The position numbers were made by a program, and so were the translations under genes. A stretch of DNA of 64,000 nt, taken from positions 3,010,051 to 3,074,050 of the forward strand of contig OZ242383.1 of assembly GCA_965209155.1 (NCBI GenBank), in the 5' to 3' direction. Below the pieces are notes generated by a model. The model was not told the origin of the DNA and searched no databases. It was given only the letters and a program-made list of their open reading frames with translations. Below, one piece after another: positions 30,812 through 40,053 of the stretch (positions are counted from its first letter, which is position 1; each line of letters begins with the position of its first letter). Source of the DNA: a bacterium (lineage in GTDB: Bacteria; SAR324; NAC60-12).

Positions 30812-30980
30812 TCCGGTAATCGACGAGATCCGGGAAGTGCGGCACCGCATCTCGGCGCGCTTTGAACATGATCCCATGCAGATGGTGGCCTTCTACATGG
30901 AAATGCAAAAGCAGTACCAGGACCGACTGATTGAGACCACACAGAGCGCTGAGTTGGGTCGCGACCAACCAGCCGCCTAA
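30780..30980 (+). CDS. small protein overlapping the 3' end of the PIN-like gene (possible cognate partner)
   Basis: 66 aa, 32-nt overlap; no family recognised. Confidence 0.25.
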   Translation: MEIAMKQKSNDPVIDEIREVRHRISARFEHDPMQMVAFYMEMQKQYQDRLIETTQSAELGRDQPAA

Positions 30981-31065
30981 CCCAGCGCTCCAACCGACGG
31001 CCAACCCGCTTCGCGGGCTGTCCGCGGCTGAGCTTGGTCGTTGTGCTTCAGAAAATAAAAAAATA

Positions 31066-31323
31066 ATGGAATCAGATTTTGTAAAAGTTCATAAACATTC
31101 GTCATATCACAGAGACGAATTAACAGAAGGCGAGTACTGTGGTTGCTTTTACTGCCTATCGATTTTTGAGCCGAGTATAATTGTGGAATGGATCGATGAG
31201 ATTGAAGGGGTAAGGACAACAGCAATGGGCCCCAATTGTGGAATAGATTCTGTCATCGGTTCGAATTCAGGTTACCCCATCCCAAAAGAGTTTCTGTCAA
31301 AAATGCGAAGATATTGGTTTTAG
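31066..31323 (+). CDS. hypothetical cytosolic protein
   Basis: About 85 aa from Met MESDFVKV...; the ORF-track 5' extension from 30931 runs through a GC-rich linker. Confidence 0.3.
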   Translation: MESDFVKVHKHSSYHRDELTEGEYCGCFYCLSIFEPSIIVEWIDEIEGVRTTAMGPNCGIDSVIGSNSGYPIPKEFLSKMRRYWF

Positions 31324-31333
31324 GAATGGAAAT

Positions 31334-31468
31334 TAGTATGCTCAGCGTCCATATCCAAGTAGTCCACACCGGCCTGCGCATAAGCCTCCACCACGTGGGG
31401 TCCGCGGCTCTTCATTAATGTTTCGATGATCACTTCACCTCTTTTCAACTTTGCTTTTAACTGATTCT
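31334..31468 (-). pseudogene. 5' fragment (~45 codons) of an HpcH/HpaI aldolase gene
   Basis: 31334-31740 is near-identical to 23640-24040, which holds the start of aldolase 23031..23795 plus the intergenic region. Confidence 0.7.
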
Positions 31469-31737
31469 CCCGCAAGGGCATGGTTTCCTCCTTTTTACTT
31501 CGGATAATGAATAATTCCCCGACTCTAACTTCCTTATCTCATCTCTCTCCCTTTCCTGGTTAATGAGGCTGAAAGTTCGGGCTGACCCAGGGTGATGGCA
31601 ATCCCTTCATCCCCGTCCGACGAGCCGTTCTCAGGGGGGAAAGGAGTCGTAAGACTCCCGACCTACCCGACGGAAATATGAACTTAAATTCCCAAAGTCA
31701 CAGGCTTGACCCCGATTTGACCCCGATTCCCCGATTT

Positions 31738-32694
31738 CTAAGCGAAGGGGTTGATCAGTCTGGAGAGGAATCCTCGTTTGCGTTTCCCTGCGGTGCCGTA
31801 ACTTCCCTGCCCGCCCCGCAGCCTGGGGTCGAGCAGATCTCTCACTGCGTCGCCGAACATGTTTAGACTGTAAACGACAATAGTCAGGCAAAGCCCCGGC
31901 CAGAACGCCAGCCAGGGGGCCATCTCCATGTACTGACGTCCTTCCCGGCTGAGCATCCCTCCCCAGCTGGGAATCTGGGCCGGCAGACCGAATCCGAGGA
32001 AGCTCAGGGAGGCCTCGGAAATAATCACCCCCCCGATGTTGATGCTGAAGATGATGATGACAGTCGCCATAATATTGGGCAGGACATGGCGTAACAGGAT
32101 TTGGGTCGTGGGGGTGCCCACAGCCTTGGCTGCCAGAAAATAGTCATTCTCTTTAACACCGATAACGGCACTTCTGACTATTCTTGAAGCGGCGATGCCT
32201 CCGGTAATCCCCAGGACCACGATGATCTGGAGGAGACCCTTTCCCGCAATGGACATGATGGTTAACAAGAGGAGCAGTCCCGGGAAGGCCATCCAGGCAT
32301 CGACAAATCTTTGCATAACCAGGTCAAATTTGCCACCAATGAATCCTGAAATACCGCCTATCAGGACAGCAACGACAACATTGAGTGCAGTCGCGGCCAG
32401 ACCGACGACTAACGAAAGACGAGCCCCGAGGATAAGGCGGCTCAAGAAGTCCCGCCCCAACTGATCGGTCCCCAGCAGATACCGGGCTGATGAGCCCTGC
32501 AGCATGTCTGCCGGATGCACTTTCATATAGCCATACGGAGCCAGAACATCGGCAAAGATCGCCACCAGAATCAAGAGCAAGACGATCATCCCGCAGACCG
32601 TCCCCAAGGGCTTCTCCTTGAGAAGCCTGATGAAAAAATCAACCGACCGGCTCCGTCGCTTGGGCTCACGGATGAGGGAGGGGTTCTCACTCAT
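31738..32694 (-). CDS. ABC transporter permease (DppC-like), cassette 3
   Basis: 318 aa. Confidence 0.85.
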   Translation of the reverse strand: MSENPSLIREPKRRSRSVDFFIRLLKEKPLGTVCGMIVLLLILVAIFADVLAPYGYMKVHPADMLQGSSARYLLGTDQLGRDFLSRLILGARLSLVVGLAATALNVVVAVLIGGISGFIGGKFDLVMQRFVDAWMAFPGLLLLLTIMSIAGKGLLQIIVVLGITGGIAASRIVRSAVIGVKENDYFLAAKAVGTPTTQILLRHVLPNIMATVIIIFSINIGGVIISEASLSFLGFGLPAQIPSWGGMLSREGRQYMEMAPWLAFWPGLCLTIVVYSLNMFGDAVRDLLDPRLRGGQGSYGTAGKRKRGFLSRLINPFA

Positions 32695-33646
32695 ACCGCA
32701 CCCTCGGTTCCAAATAAGGATAAATCAGGTCGATCATTAGATTGACCCCAACAACCATGACGGCGAAAACCAGGTTTACTCCGGAGACCACCGGGTAGTC
32801 TCTCTGATTGAGTGCCTCCACCATGAGACGACCTAAACCCGGCAGGTTGAATATGTTCTCCATGATAACGGAGCCACCTACCAGGATAGGCAACTGCAGG
32901 CCTACCAGGGTAACTATCGGGATGAACGCATTTTTGACAGCGTGTCTCATAACAACCACCCTCTCCTTGAGACCCTTGGCCCAGGCGGTCCTGATATAGT
33001 CCTGCCTCAGCACCTCCAGCATCATAGTGCGCGTCATTCGCATTGTGCTTGCAGACATGGCCGTCCCCAGAATCAGGCTGGGAATGAGGAACATTCCAAG
33101 ATTCCCCAGCGGGTCTTCCGTGAAAGGAATCAGCTCCATCGGTGGCGCCCAGCCCCACCAGATTGCTGGGTAGATCATGACCATGATGCCCAGCCAGAAG
33201 TTCGGCGTGGCCAAGCCGATGATTGCGATGGAGCGCCCCGCGTAGTCGGCAACCGTATCCTGGCGCATCGCCGAGCAGATGCCAACGGGCAGCGCGATCA
33301 GGAGCCCGATGACGATGGCCATGACACCGAGCTCAATGGTTACCGGCAGGCTAGCAATTATTTTCTCCTCTACCGTAAAATCACTAAACATTGATTTACC
33401 AAGAGTGCCGTGAAGGAAAATACCTTCCATCCAGCGCCCATACTGCACGTAGACAGGCACGTCTAATCCCAGCATACGCATAAGAGCTTCACGGTCTATC
33501 TCGATGAAATCTATTTCTTTCATCTGAGCTTCCATTAGGTCTATCACATCTCCGGGGAGGAAGCGGACCAAAAGAAAGACCAGGATGGTCAGTATAAACA
33601 CGGTGGGGATTATCAGCAGCAGCCGCCGAATAATATACGCTCTCAT
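32687..33646 (-). CDS. ABC transporter permease (DppB-like), cassette 3
   Basis: 319 aa, starts MRAYIIRRLL. Confidence 0.85.
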   Translation of the reverse strand: MRAYIIRRLLLIIPTVFILTILVFLLVRFLPGDVIDLMEAQMKEIDFIEIDREALMRMLGLDVPVYVQYGRWMEGIFLHGTLGKSMFSDFTVEEKIIASLPVTIELGVMAIVIGLLIALPVGICSAMRQDTVADYAGRSIAIIGLATPNFWLGIMVMIYPAIWWGWAPPMELIPFTEDPLGNLGMFLIPSLILGTAMSASTMRMTRTMMLEVLRQDYIRTAWAKGLKERVVVMRHAVKNAFIPIVTLVGLQLPILVGGSVIMENIFNLPGLGRLMVEALNQRDYPVVSGVNLVFAVMVVGVNLMIDLIYPYLEPRVRYE

Positions 33647-33744
33647 GTGATATACCTCATCGCGATTTCCCCCATCATTTCTTTCGTCATTGCCACCCCT
33701 CTTTTTTCATTGTGAGCCCCGATTCTATTGTCCCGACTCGCAAG

Positions 33745-33925
33745 TTCGTTGCATAAATCGCATCGTGTTCTGAAGTGGGCCTGTGGTTCGACAGGCTCAC
33801 CACGAACGGGAGAATCCAACACTCCGTTCGCCCCGAGCCCGTCGAAGGGCCGCCGAAGGCTTTCTGTTTGTTAAGCGCACTTCTGAGACAGCAGAATCGG
33901 GGCTTCGCCAAGTTCCTTCACTGCC
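33745..33925. repeat. palindromic repeat element (translations give MVRQAHHER / VVSLSNH-type artefact peptides)
   Basis: Imperfect inverted repeat ttcgacaggctcaccacgaacgg ... ccgttcgccccgagcccgtcgaa. The spurious ORFs 33687..33911 and 33783..33971 arise from it. Confidence 0.55.
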
Positions 33926-34093
33926 TCTTCGCTGCACTCAGAGCTTCGGTTCAGGACAAGCCTCGCAATGACAGTAAGAAAGGCCTCCTCTCATTATTCA
34001 ATGAGTAAGGGAGCTGGGAAGCTTAAGCCTCAGCGCTAAGGACCCCCCGACCCCCTTTTTCCCTAAGGTCAGGAGCCACAAGGGGTGAAACAC

Positions 34094-35986
34094 CTAATGA
34101 CCCATTGCTTCCTTCAGCTCACTATCAATCCAGAGGCGGGAGAAGACCACTTGCATTTGAATCGCTCCAAAGCCGCCTTCGCCGTTATAACCCATCACCC
34201 ACGGCCAGTGCACGTTAAAAGATGGGGCCAAAGGCCCCCAGATGAACCAGAACTGCTCTATAAAGCGCATGTCCATCTCTTTAATAAGCGGCATCTGATC
34301 CTCTATGGTAGCAGCCGCGCGGGCGGCTTCATACAGGGCGTCAAATTCCGCGTCACGGACTACGGCGTTCCTCTCTGCGCGCGACCAAAGAAAACCCATT
34401 TGCGACAATGGATCAGCCTTTACCCCCGAAGTTGCACCACGTATTTCAAAATCTCCAGTCATCTCTCTAGCATTAAATTCTACAGAGGTAGGTGTCTCAA
34501 CATCCACATCAATTCCAATGTCACGCCAGTATGCGGCGACGAATTCTGTCCAGCTCAAATCAAACCGCTGGAAGTGCATGACCTCGGTCTTGAATCTAAC
34601 GCCGTCGGCGCCTCGAGGATATCCAGCCTCATCAAGCAGCTTCTCGGCCCCTGCCGGGTCATACCTGTGGTATTGCTTGAGCTCTTCGGGCCACTCTTCA
34701 AATGGGATGTGATACCCCTTGAATTCCCTGCCTACTCGCCCCCGAGGTATCGTATCTGCATAACCCTTGAAGTAGGTATCGTTCATTGTCTCGAGGTCCA
34801 GTGCCATCTGCATTGCGTGGCGCACCCGGATGTCGTCAAAGGGTGGCTTGCTCACGTTCAAACTAAAACTAGCATTCGACCGTTCTGACCACGGGTGCAC
34901 CACGAGTTCGGGGTTGGTTCGCATGAGGCTCTCTACCTGACCTATAGAGTTTAAATTAGCGAGGCCCTGCCAACCTATGTAATCAACCTTACCCGAGCGT
35001 AGTGCCGCCAAATAGGTCGGCACCTCCATGATCACCAGACCCCTCACGGTGTCGATATAGGGCAAGCGGTTCTCCGGGTATTTTTCGTCGTAGCCCCAGT
35101 AGGTTGGATTCTTGGTCCAGGTCACAGAGGTGGCGGGGACCAAGTCAGTTATCGTGTAGGGCCCGGTGCCGACCACGTTCCTCCAATCCTGCATGTCCCC
35201 GTATTGCTCGATTACCTCGGGGGGCTGTATAACCATACCGTGCTTGTCCAAGATAAGGTTCAGGGCATCGAGTCTTGGCTCCTTCAGCTTCATAACAACC
35301 GTCCACTTGTCGGTGGCCTCTACCGATTCGAAAGGCAAATCTGTGAGGGCACCTCCCATTGGGGAAGGTTCGGTGAAGCCGCTGCCCAAGCCCAAATAGC
35401 GGTGAAAGGAATGTTCTACATCCTTGGCAGTTAGCTCTCGCCCATTCACCGGCGGCTTATCATGCCAGTGAACGCCCTGGCGGATGTGGAAGATATACGT
35501 TGTGGCGTCGGGCTGTTCCCAGCTTTCAGCCAGCGCCCCCCTTAGGGCGTATAAAGGCGCCATGTACCCGCCGACAAAGGGATATGTGTCCCTGTCTATT
35601 GCCCAGTCCACGACGGCCAGTTTCTCTACAACGCCACTGGTGATGAATAACGCTAAATGGCTATACCAAGCATCCAGCTTCGATGCCACTAATGAGGTGT
35701 TTTTCAGGACGTGTGTCAATGTCCCGCCATACTCAGGTGCACTCACTACCATACCTGTGCTGGGGTCTGTCACATACTTCTTCTCGGCAGCAACGGCTGC
35801 CGAACCGGTCCAAAGGACGATCAGACCCAGGATGAGGGCCAGCAGGGTTGCCCTGAAGTTTGATTTGCTTTTTTGATGATCAATCTTTTTCCTTTCGATT
35901 GAATGTTCAAAATTAAGGATTGCTTTAAAACCTGCTTTCGTTCCCGAAAGCACGTTCTCAACGATGCTTCTGATTATTATTTTCAT
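34094..35986 (-). CDS. ABC transporter substrate-binding protein, family 5, cassette 3
   Basis: About 70% identical to 26112..27917. The position homologous to the paralogs' ATG start is ATT, so the start is placed at the upstream ATG (35986) with low certainty. The ORF-track extension to 36187 runs through tandem leader repeats. Confidence 0.7.
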   Translation of the reverse strand: MKIIIRSIVENVLSGTKAGFKAILNFEHSIERKKIDHQKSKSNFRATLLALILGLIVLWTGSAAVAAEKKYVTDPSTGMVVSAPEYGGTLTHVLKNTSLVASKLDAWYSHLALFITSGVVEKLAVVDWAIDRDTYPFVGGYMAPLYALRGALAESWEQPDATTYIFHIRQGVHWHDKPPVNGRELTAKDVEHSFHRYLGLGSGFTEPSPMGGALTDLPFESVEATDKWTVVMKLKEPRLDALNLILDKHGMVIQPPEVIEQYGDMQDWRNVVGTGPYTITDLVPATSVTWTKNPTYWGYDEKYPENRLPYIDTVRGLVIMEVPTYLAALRSGKVDYIGWQGLANLNSIGQVESLMRTNPELVVHPWSERSNASFSLNVSKPPFDDIRVRHAMQMALDLETMNDTYFKGYADTIPRGRVGREFKGYHIPFEEWPEELKQYHRYDPAGAEKLLDEAGYPRGADGVRFKTEVMHFQRFDLSWTEFVAAYWRDIGIDVDVETPTSVEFNAREMTGDFEIRGATSGVKADPLSQMGFLWSRAERNAVVRDAEFDALYEAARAAATIEDQMPLIKEMDMRFIEQFWFIWGPLAPSFNVHWPWVMGYNGEGGFGAIQMQVVFSRLWIDSELKEAMGH

Positions 35987-36190
35987 TTTGACCTTTTCTG
36001 CTTTTTGATTAAAAACAAGATTATTAAAACCTGCTTTCGTTCCCGAAAGCACGTTCTCGAGGATTCTTCTACTTTTTTGAAGGTTCATCGTGTTCCTTTC
36101 TGCTTTTTGATTAAAAACAAGATTGCGGGTTGCTTTAAAACTTGTTTTCGTTCCCGAAAGCAAGTTCTCGACGTTTTCTCTACACATTGG
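35895..36190. repeat. three tandem copies (~99-111 bp) of the SBP leader unit with hairpin ctttcg-ttcc-cgaaag
   Basis: Unit ctgctttttgattaaaaacaagatt...cctgctttcgttcccgaaagcacgttctcgacg. Single copies at 27940-28010 and 41875-41925. Confidence 0.8.
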
Positions 36191-37200
36191 GTCTCCTTCA
36201 TTTTCAAGTGATCAAAAAACCAATTCATTGCCTCCAGGATGGGGCAATGAACTATAAACCGACGCACTCAGGCGCCGATGATTTTCCAAATTCCCCATTG
36301 CCGTTCCGTTCCCGGAACGGAGAACGAGGGATCTCAAGGATCTCTCCCTGATGTCGAGATAAGATAAGGGGGGACAATCCAATGAACTGGGGACTTGGGA
36401 TTTAGAACGTGGGTGCTGTGTGCCGGGTGCCGGGTGCCGGGTGATTGAATGATACTCTCATATTAACCTTTTGTCAAGAAATTTTTATACTTGAAACGGG
36501 TTAATTTCAGACTTTCATGTCATCCTGATTGATAGCTGACAGCGAAAAGCCATTTCGCGACAGCGACTCTTTAAGGAAAATATTTTATATCCAAAAAAAA
36601 TCAACATTTTTTTTAAGACAGATCCGATTTAGTCATTTAAGGCAAATTTTTCTCATATCCAGAAATAGTATAATCGCTCTGCAAATGTATCAAGATTTTT
36701 TTAAATATGGCGACTCATTCATTCATGAGTGTCTTCTGATGATCAAAGAAAATACGTTTTCATATACGGAAGTCAACATTTTTGGCACTTTTCCATTCCC
36801 CGTTGATCGTTTCTAAAAATCCTCTGCTGAGGATATGAAGTTTTAGATGACTTTCGGCTCAATCAATAGGAGCGAAATTGAAATGAAACCTTCAGCCCAA
36901 GGCGATTTCTTGAAAACTATCACAAAAGAACGATGATGGCAAAATCCTGGTAGGTTTCATTATCCCCTTCAGTATCCTCTCTCAATATAACAATATTCAG
37001 AGGAGGTCAATCGATTTTTTTTTGCTCACCTTGATTCCTCAGTGGCGAGTGCTGGTGTCATCCTGGAGTTGATCCTCGCTCTTCTCTGTGTCAGTCCTTA
37101 AAAATACTGGACAATCCTGCCCTTCCAGGAATGAAAAGCATGGGATTCAGAGCGAATCATTTCAAGGACTGATGCTCAGTCGGCACGCGTTTCGATGGTC
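36190..37200. repeat. ~1.0-kb conserved noncoding region, copy B
   Basis: See 28017-29130. Confidence 0.75.
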
Positions 37201-37284
37201 CGCTGAGATAACGGGGAAAACTCTTTCAGTTCTGCTCTGCTTAAAACTTTCCACTTTTGGAAGAAGGCCAATATCTTTTTCTCG

Positions 37285-37512
37285 ATGGGTTTGTCGGTTC
37301 CTTTTGACCGGAGACTGCCCTTATCATTCAAGGGATTGCGGGAAAATCTACCAAGATGTTGCCTTCAGAGAGCCAGAGGCGATAACGTTGATGACATCAT
37401 TGATGATTTCCCGAATTGGAAGGCAGAGGATATTGAGGCTTGTCTCGCCGAGGCAGCCTCCCTGGCAGAAGAACCAATCATTCCGATTGATTTAGAAGCG
37501 CAGGAAGGGTGA
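37285..37512 (+). pseudogene. DUF433-family (antitoxin-like) gene, N-terminal half frameshifted
   Basis: C-terminal ...DDIIDDFPNWKAEDIEACLAEAASLA matches the DUF433 C-terminus. The N-terminal half is readable only in another frame. Confidence 0.4.
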
Positions 37513-37709
37513 AAATCAGGGTCGATGAGAACATCCCCAAGATGACTGTCAGGGCACTATCAGCACGAGGAGATGATCTCCTCGAGATCCGAGGAACCGA
37601 ATGCGAAGGCATTCCAGCTGATCAAGTCTGGCAAATCTGCCAAGATCAAAAAAGACTTTTCAATTCGACAGAGAGGGGCTTTTCCAAAGCCCGAGAATCG
37701 AATCACTAG
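37509..37709 (+). CDS. DUF5615-like (PIN-like, Mut7-C-type) small protein, probably degenerate
   Basis: Starts MKIRVDENIP like the DUF5615 partners of DUF433. The C-terminus is divergent. Confidence 0.35.
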   Translation: MKIRVDENIPKMTVRALSARGDDLLEIRGTECEGIPADQVWQICQDQKRLFNSTERGFSKARESNH

Positions 37710-38091
37710 GGAATGAGGATTGTTTGCCTCAAACAACCCAGTGGCCAAGGCATCCATCAATGCGATTTACAATGAGCGCAAATTGGATCTTGGTTTAGAA
37801 TCGTTACACAATCGAATTGTTGGTGGGCTTGGGATGTGATAAAATAAGAGTAAATATTTTTCTTCACTCACAATACAGAGGGAAAAATGGATCAAGTATC
37901 AGAAGATTGGGCCATTCGGTTCCGGTTTCATTACTGAACTGAATGAAAGCGATGAATTGATTGGCAGCGAGATCCCGGATGCCAGTAAATTTATTAAATT
38001 TATCAGAGAGCCGCCTTCGATTATGTTCGTCAGCTCATAGGACCCCATGCCGACCAGGTTCCTCCAATCCTTTTTCATTGCAAAAGCAAAT

Positions 38092-39050
38092 GTCTGAAAA
38101 GAAAAACTTTCACATGTCTCCGGATGCTTTCCGGCACCATGGTAAAGCTGTCGTCGACTGGATTGCCGATTATTATGAAGCCATTGATTCTTTCCCCGTC
38201 TTTTCTCGAGCCCAACCCGGTGATATCCGTTCCGCTCTGCCGGCAGAACCTCCCTGGCATGGAGAAAAATTTGAGACGATTTTGCAGGATATGGATCGTC
38301 TCCTCCCCGGAGTGACACATTGGCAGTCCCCCAATTTTTTTGCTTTTTTTCCTGCCAATGCTTCCGGACCCTCGATCCTGGGGGATTTGCTTTCATCCGG
38401 ATTGGTAGTTCAGGGGATGCTCTAGTCAACCAGTCCTGCCTGCACGGAGTTGGAAACCCATGTGTTGGATTGGCTGGTGGACATGTTGGGCTTACCTGCC
38501 AAATTCAAATCGGACTCAACAGGTGGAGGAGTGATTCAGGATACGGCTTCCAGCGCCTCCCTCTGTGCGCTACTGGCGGCACGTGAGCGTGTAACGGGTT
38601 TTGCCAGCAACGAAACAGGATGCGATGGTCGCTTGGTGGCCTATGCCTCCACACAAGCCCACTCCTCCGTGGAGAAAGCCGTCAAAATCGCAGGTATTGG
38701 AAGGCAAAACCTACGCCTGATTGCAGTGGATGACAATTTTGCCATGCGTCCTGATGAACTCGCCCGGCAAATCGATGAGGATCGCCAGGCAGGTTTAATT
38801 CCATGTTTTGTTTGCGCTACCATGGGGACGACTTCCTCCAATGCCATGGATCCCTTTGGGGCGGCGTTTCCGCTCCTTGAAGCTCTGGTTTGTTATTCGC
38901 CACTACGGAATCGAAGGATTGCGTTAGCACATCAAACACCACATTGAAATGGCACAAGATTTTGCGCAATGGATCGAAGCGTCCGAACATTTCGAGTTGG
39001 CGGCGCCCGCCCCCTTGAATCTGGTTTGCTTCCGGCATGCGCAAGTGGCA
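38092..39050 (+). pseudogene. group II PLP-dependent (aromatic-L-amino-acid-type) decarboxylase: two in-frame TAG stops, ~130-codon internal deletion, 3' truncation
   Basis: Motifs HWQSPNFFAFFPA, SPACTELETHVLDWL and [18 protein letters not shown] are present. Stops at 38423 and ~38922. The PLP-lysine region is absent. Cassette 4 begins at 39082. Confidence 0.7.
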
Positions 39051-39081
39051 TGGCTCATATTAATGCTTTTCACGCCAGCGA

Positions 39082-40044
39082 CTATTCATAGCGCACCCTC
39101 GGGTCCAGATAGGGATAAATCAGGTCGATGAGGAGATTGAGCAGCACTACCCCGGTGGCGAAAAACAGGTTGACTCCGGAGACCATCGGGTAGTCCCGGT
39201 CATTGAGGGCACTCAGCAAGAGACGACCGAGCCCCGGCAGGTTAAAGATGTTCTCCATGATCACGGCGCCCCCCACCAGGATCGGTAACTGCAGGCCGAT
39301 CAGGGTCACCACCGGGATGAGGGCATTCTTGATGGCATGTCGGATCACCACGGCCCGCTCCTTGAGCCCCTTGGACCAGGCGGTGCGGACATAGTCCTGC
39401 CGGAGTACCTCCAACATCATGGTGCGCATCATCCGCATGGTGGCAGCCGCCGAGGCCGTTCCCAGAATCAGGCTGGGGATGAGAAACCCCCAGAGATTCC
39501 CCAGCGGATCCTCTGTGAAATGAACCCATTCCGTCGGCGGTGCCCAGCCCCACCAGATGGCCGGGTAGATCATCACCATCACGCCCAGCCAGAAGTTCGG
39601 CGTGGCCAGGCCGATAATGGCAACTGAGCGCCCCAGGAAGTCCACGACCGTATCTTGGCGAATCGCCGAGTAGATGCCCACGGGCAGCGCGATGACGAGT
39701 CCGATGAGGATTGCCAGGATACCCAGCTCAAGGGTGACCGGCAGTCTACCTATTATCTTCTCCTCGACCGACCAGTGGCCCAACAGTGAATTGCCAAGGG
39801 TGCCGCGCAGCAAGATACCTCCCATCCAGCGTCCATATTGTACCCAGACAGGCACGTCCAGTCCCAGCTCATGCTCAAGCGCTTTACGGTCAAGCGACTT
39901 ACCGACTACTGAGACTTCCATCCTCGCTTGCATGACGTCGATGACATCGCCGGGGATGAAGCGCACCGAGAGAAAGACCAGGATGCTCAAGATAAACAGG
40001 GTGGGGATGATGAGCAATAACCGCCTGATGATATAGGCTCTCAC
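39082..40044 (-). CDS. ABC transporter permease (DppB-like), cassette 4, GTG start
   Basis: 320 aa; the start codon is GTG (cac on the plus strand at 40042-40044). No DppC-like gene follows. Confidence 0.8.
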   Translation of the reverse strand: MRAYIIRRLLLIIPTLFILSILVFLSVRFIPGDVIDVMQARMEVSVVGKSLDRKALEHELGLDVPVWVQYGRWMGGILLRGTLGNSLLGHWSVEEKIIGRLPVTLELGILAILIGLVIALPVGIYSAIRQDTVVDFLGRSVAIIGLATPNFWLGVMVMIYPAIWWGWAPPTEWVHFTEDPLGNLWGFLIPSLILGTASAAATMRMMRTMMLEVLRQDYVRTAWSKGLKERAVVIRHAIKNALIPVVTLIGLQLPILVGGAVIMENIFNLPGLGRLLLSALNDRDYPMVSGVNLFFATGVVLLNLLIDLIYPYLDPRVRYE

Positions 40045-40053
40045 GGGAAACCC

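Noticed and set aside
35895-36190. Tandem repeats considered as a possible CRISPR array
   Set aside because: The units are about 100-110 bp with no short repeat/spacer alternation and no cas genes. They are copies of the SBP leader unit.
36529-36816. 95-aa ORF inside the conserved noncoding region (copy B)
   Set aside because: The near-identical copy A has no ORF at this position, so the frame is not preserved. The sequence is AT-rich with low complexity.
38423-38925. Two in-frame TAG codons in the decarboxylase as a hint of amber recoding
   Set aside because: TAG is used as an ordinary stop by neighbouring genes, for example permB and SBP of cassette 1. The gene also has a large internal deletion and a 3' truncation, so it is a pseudogene.
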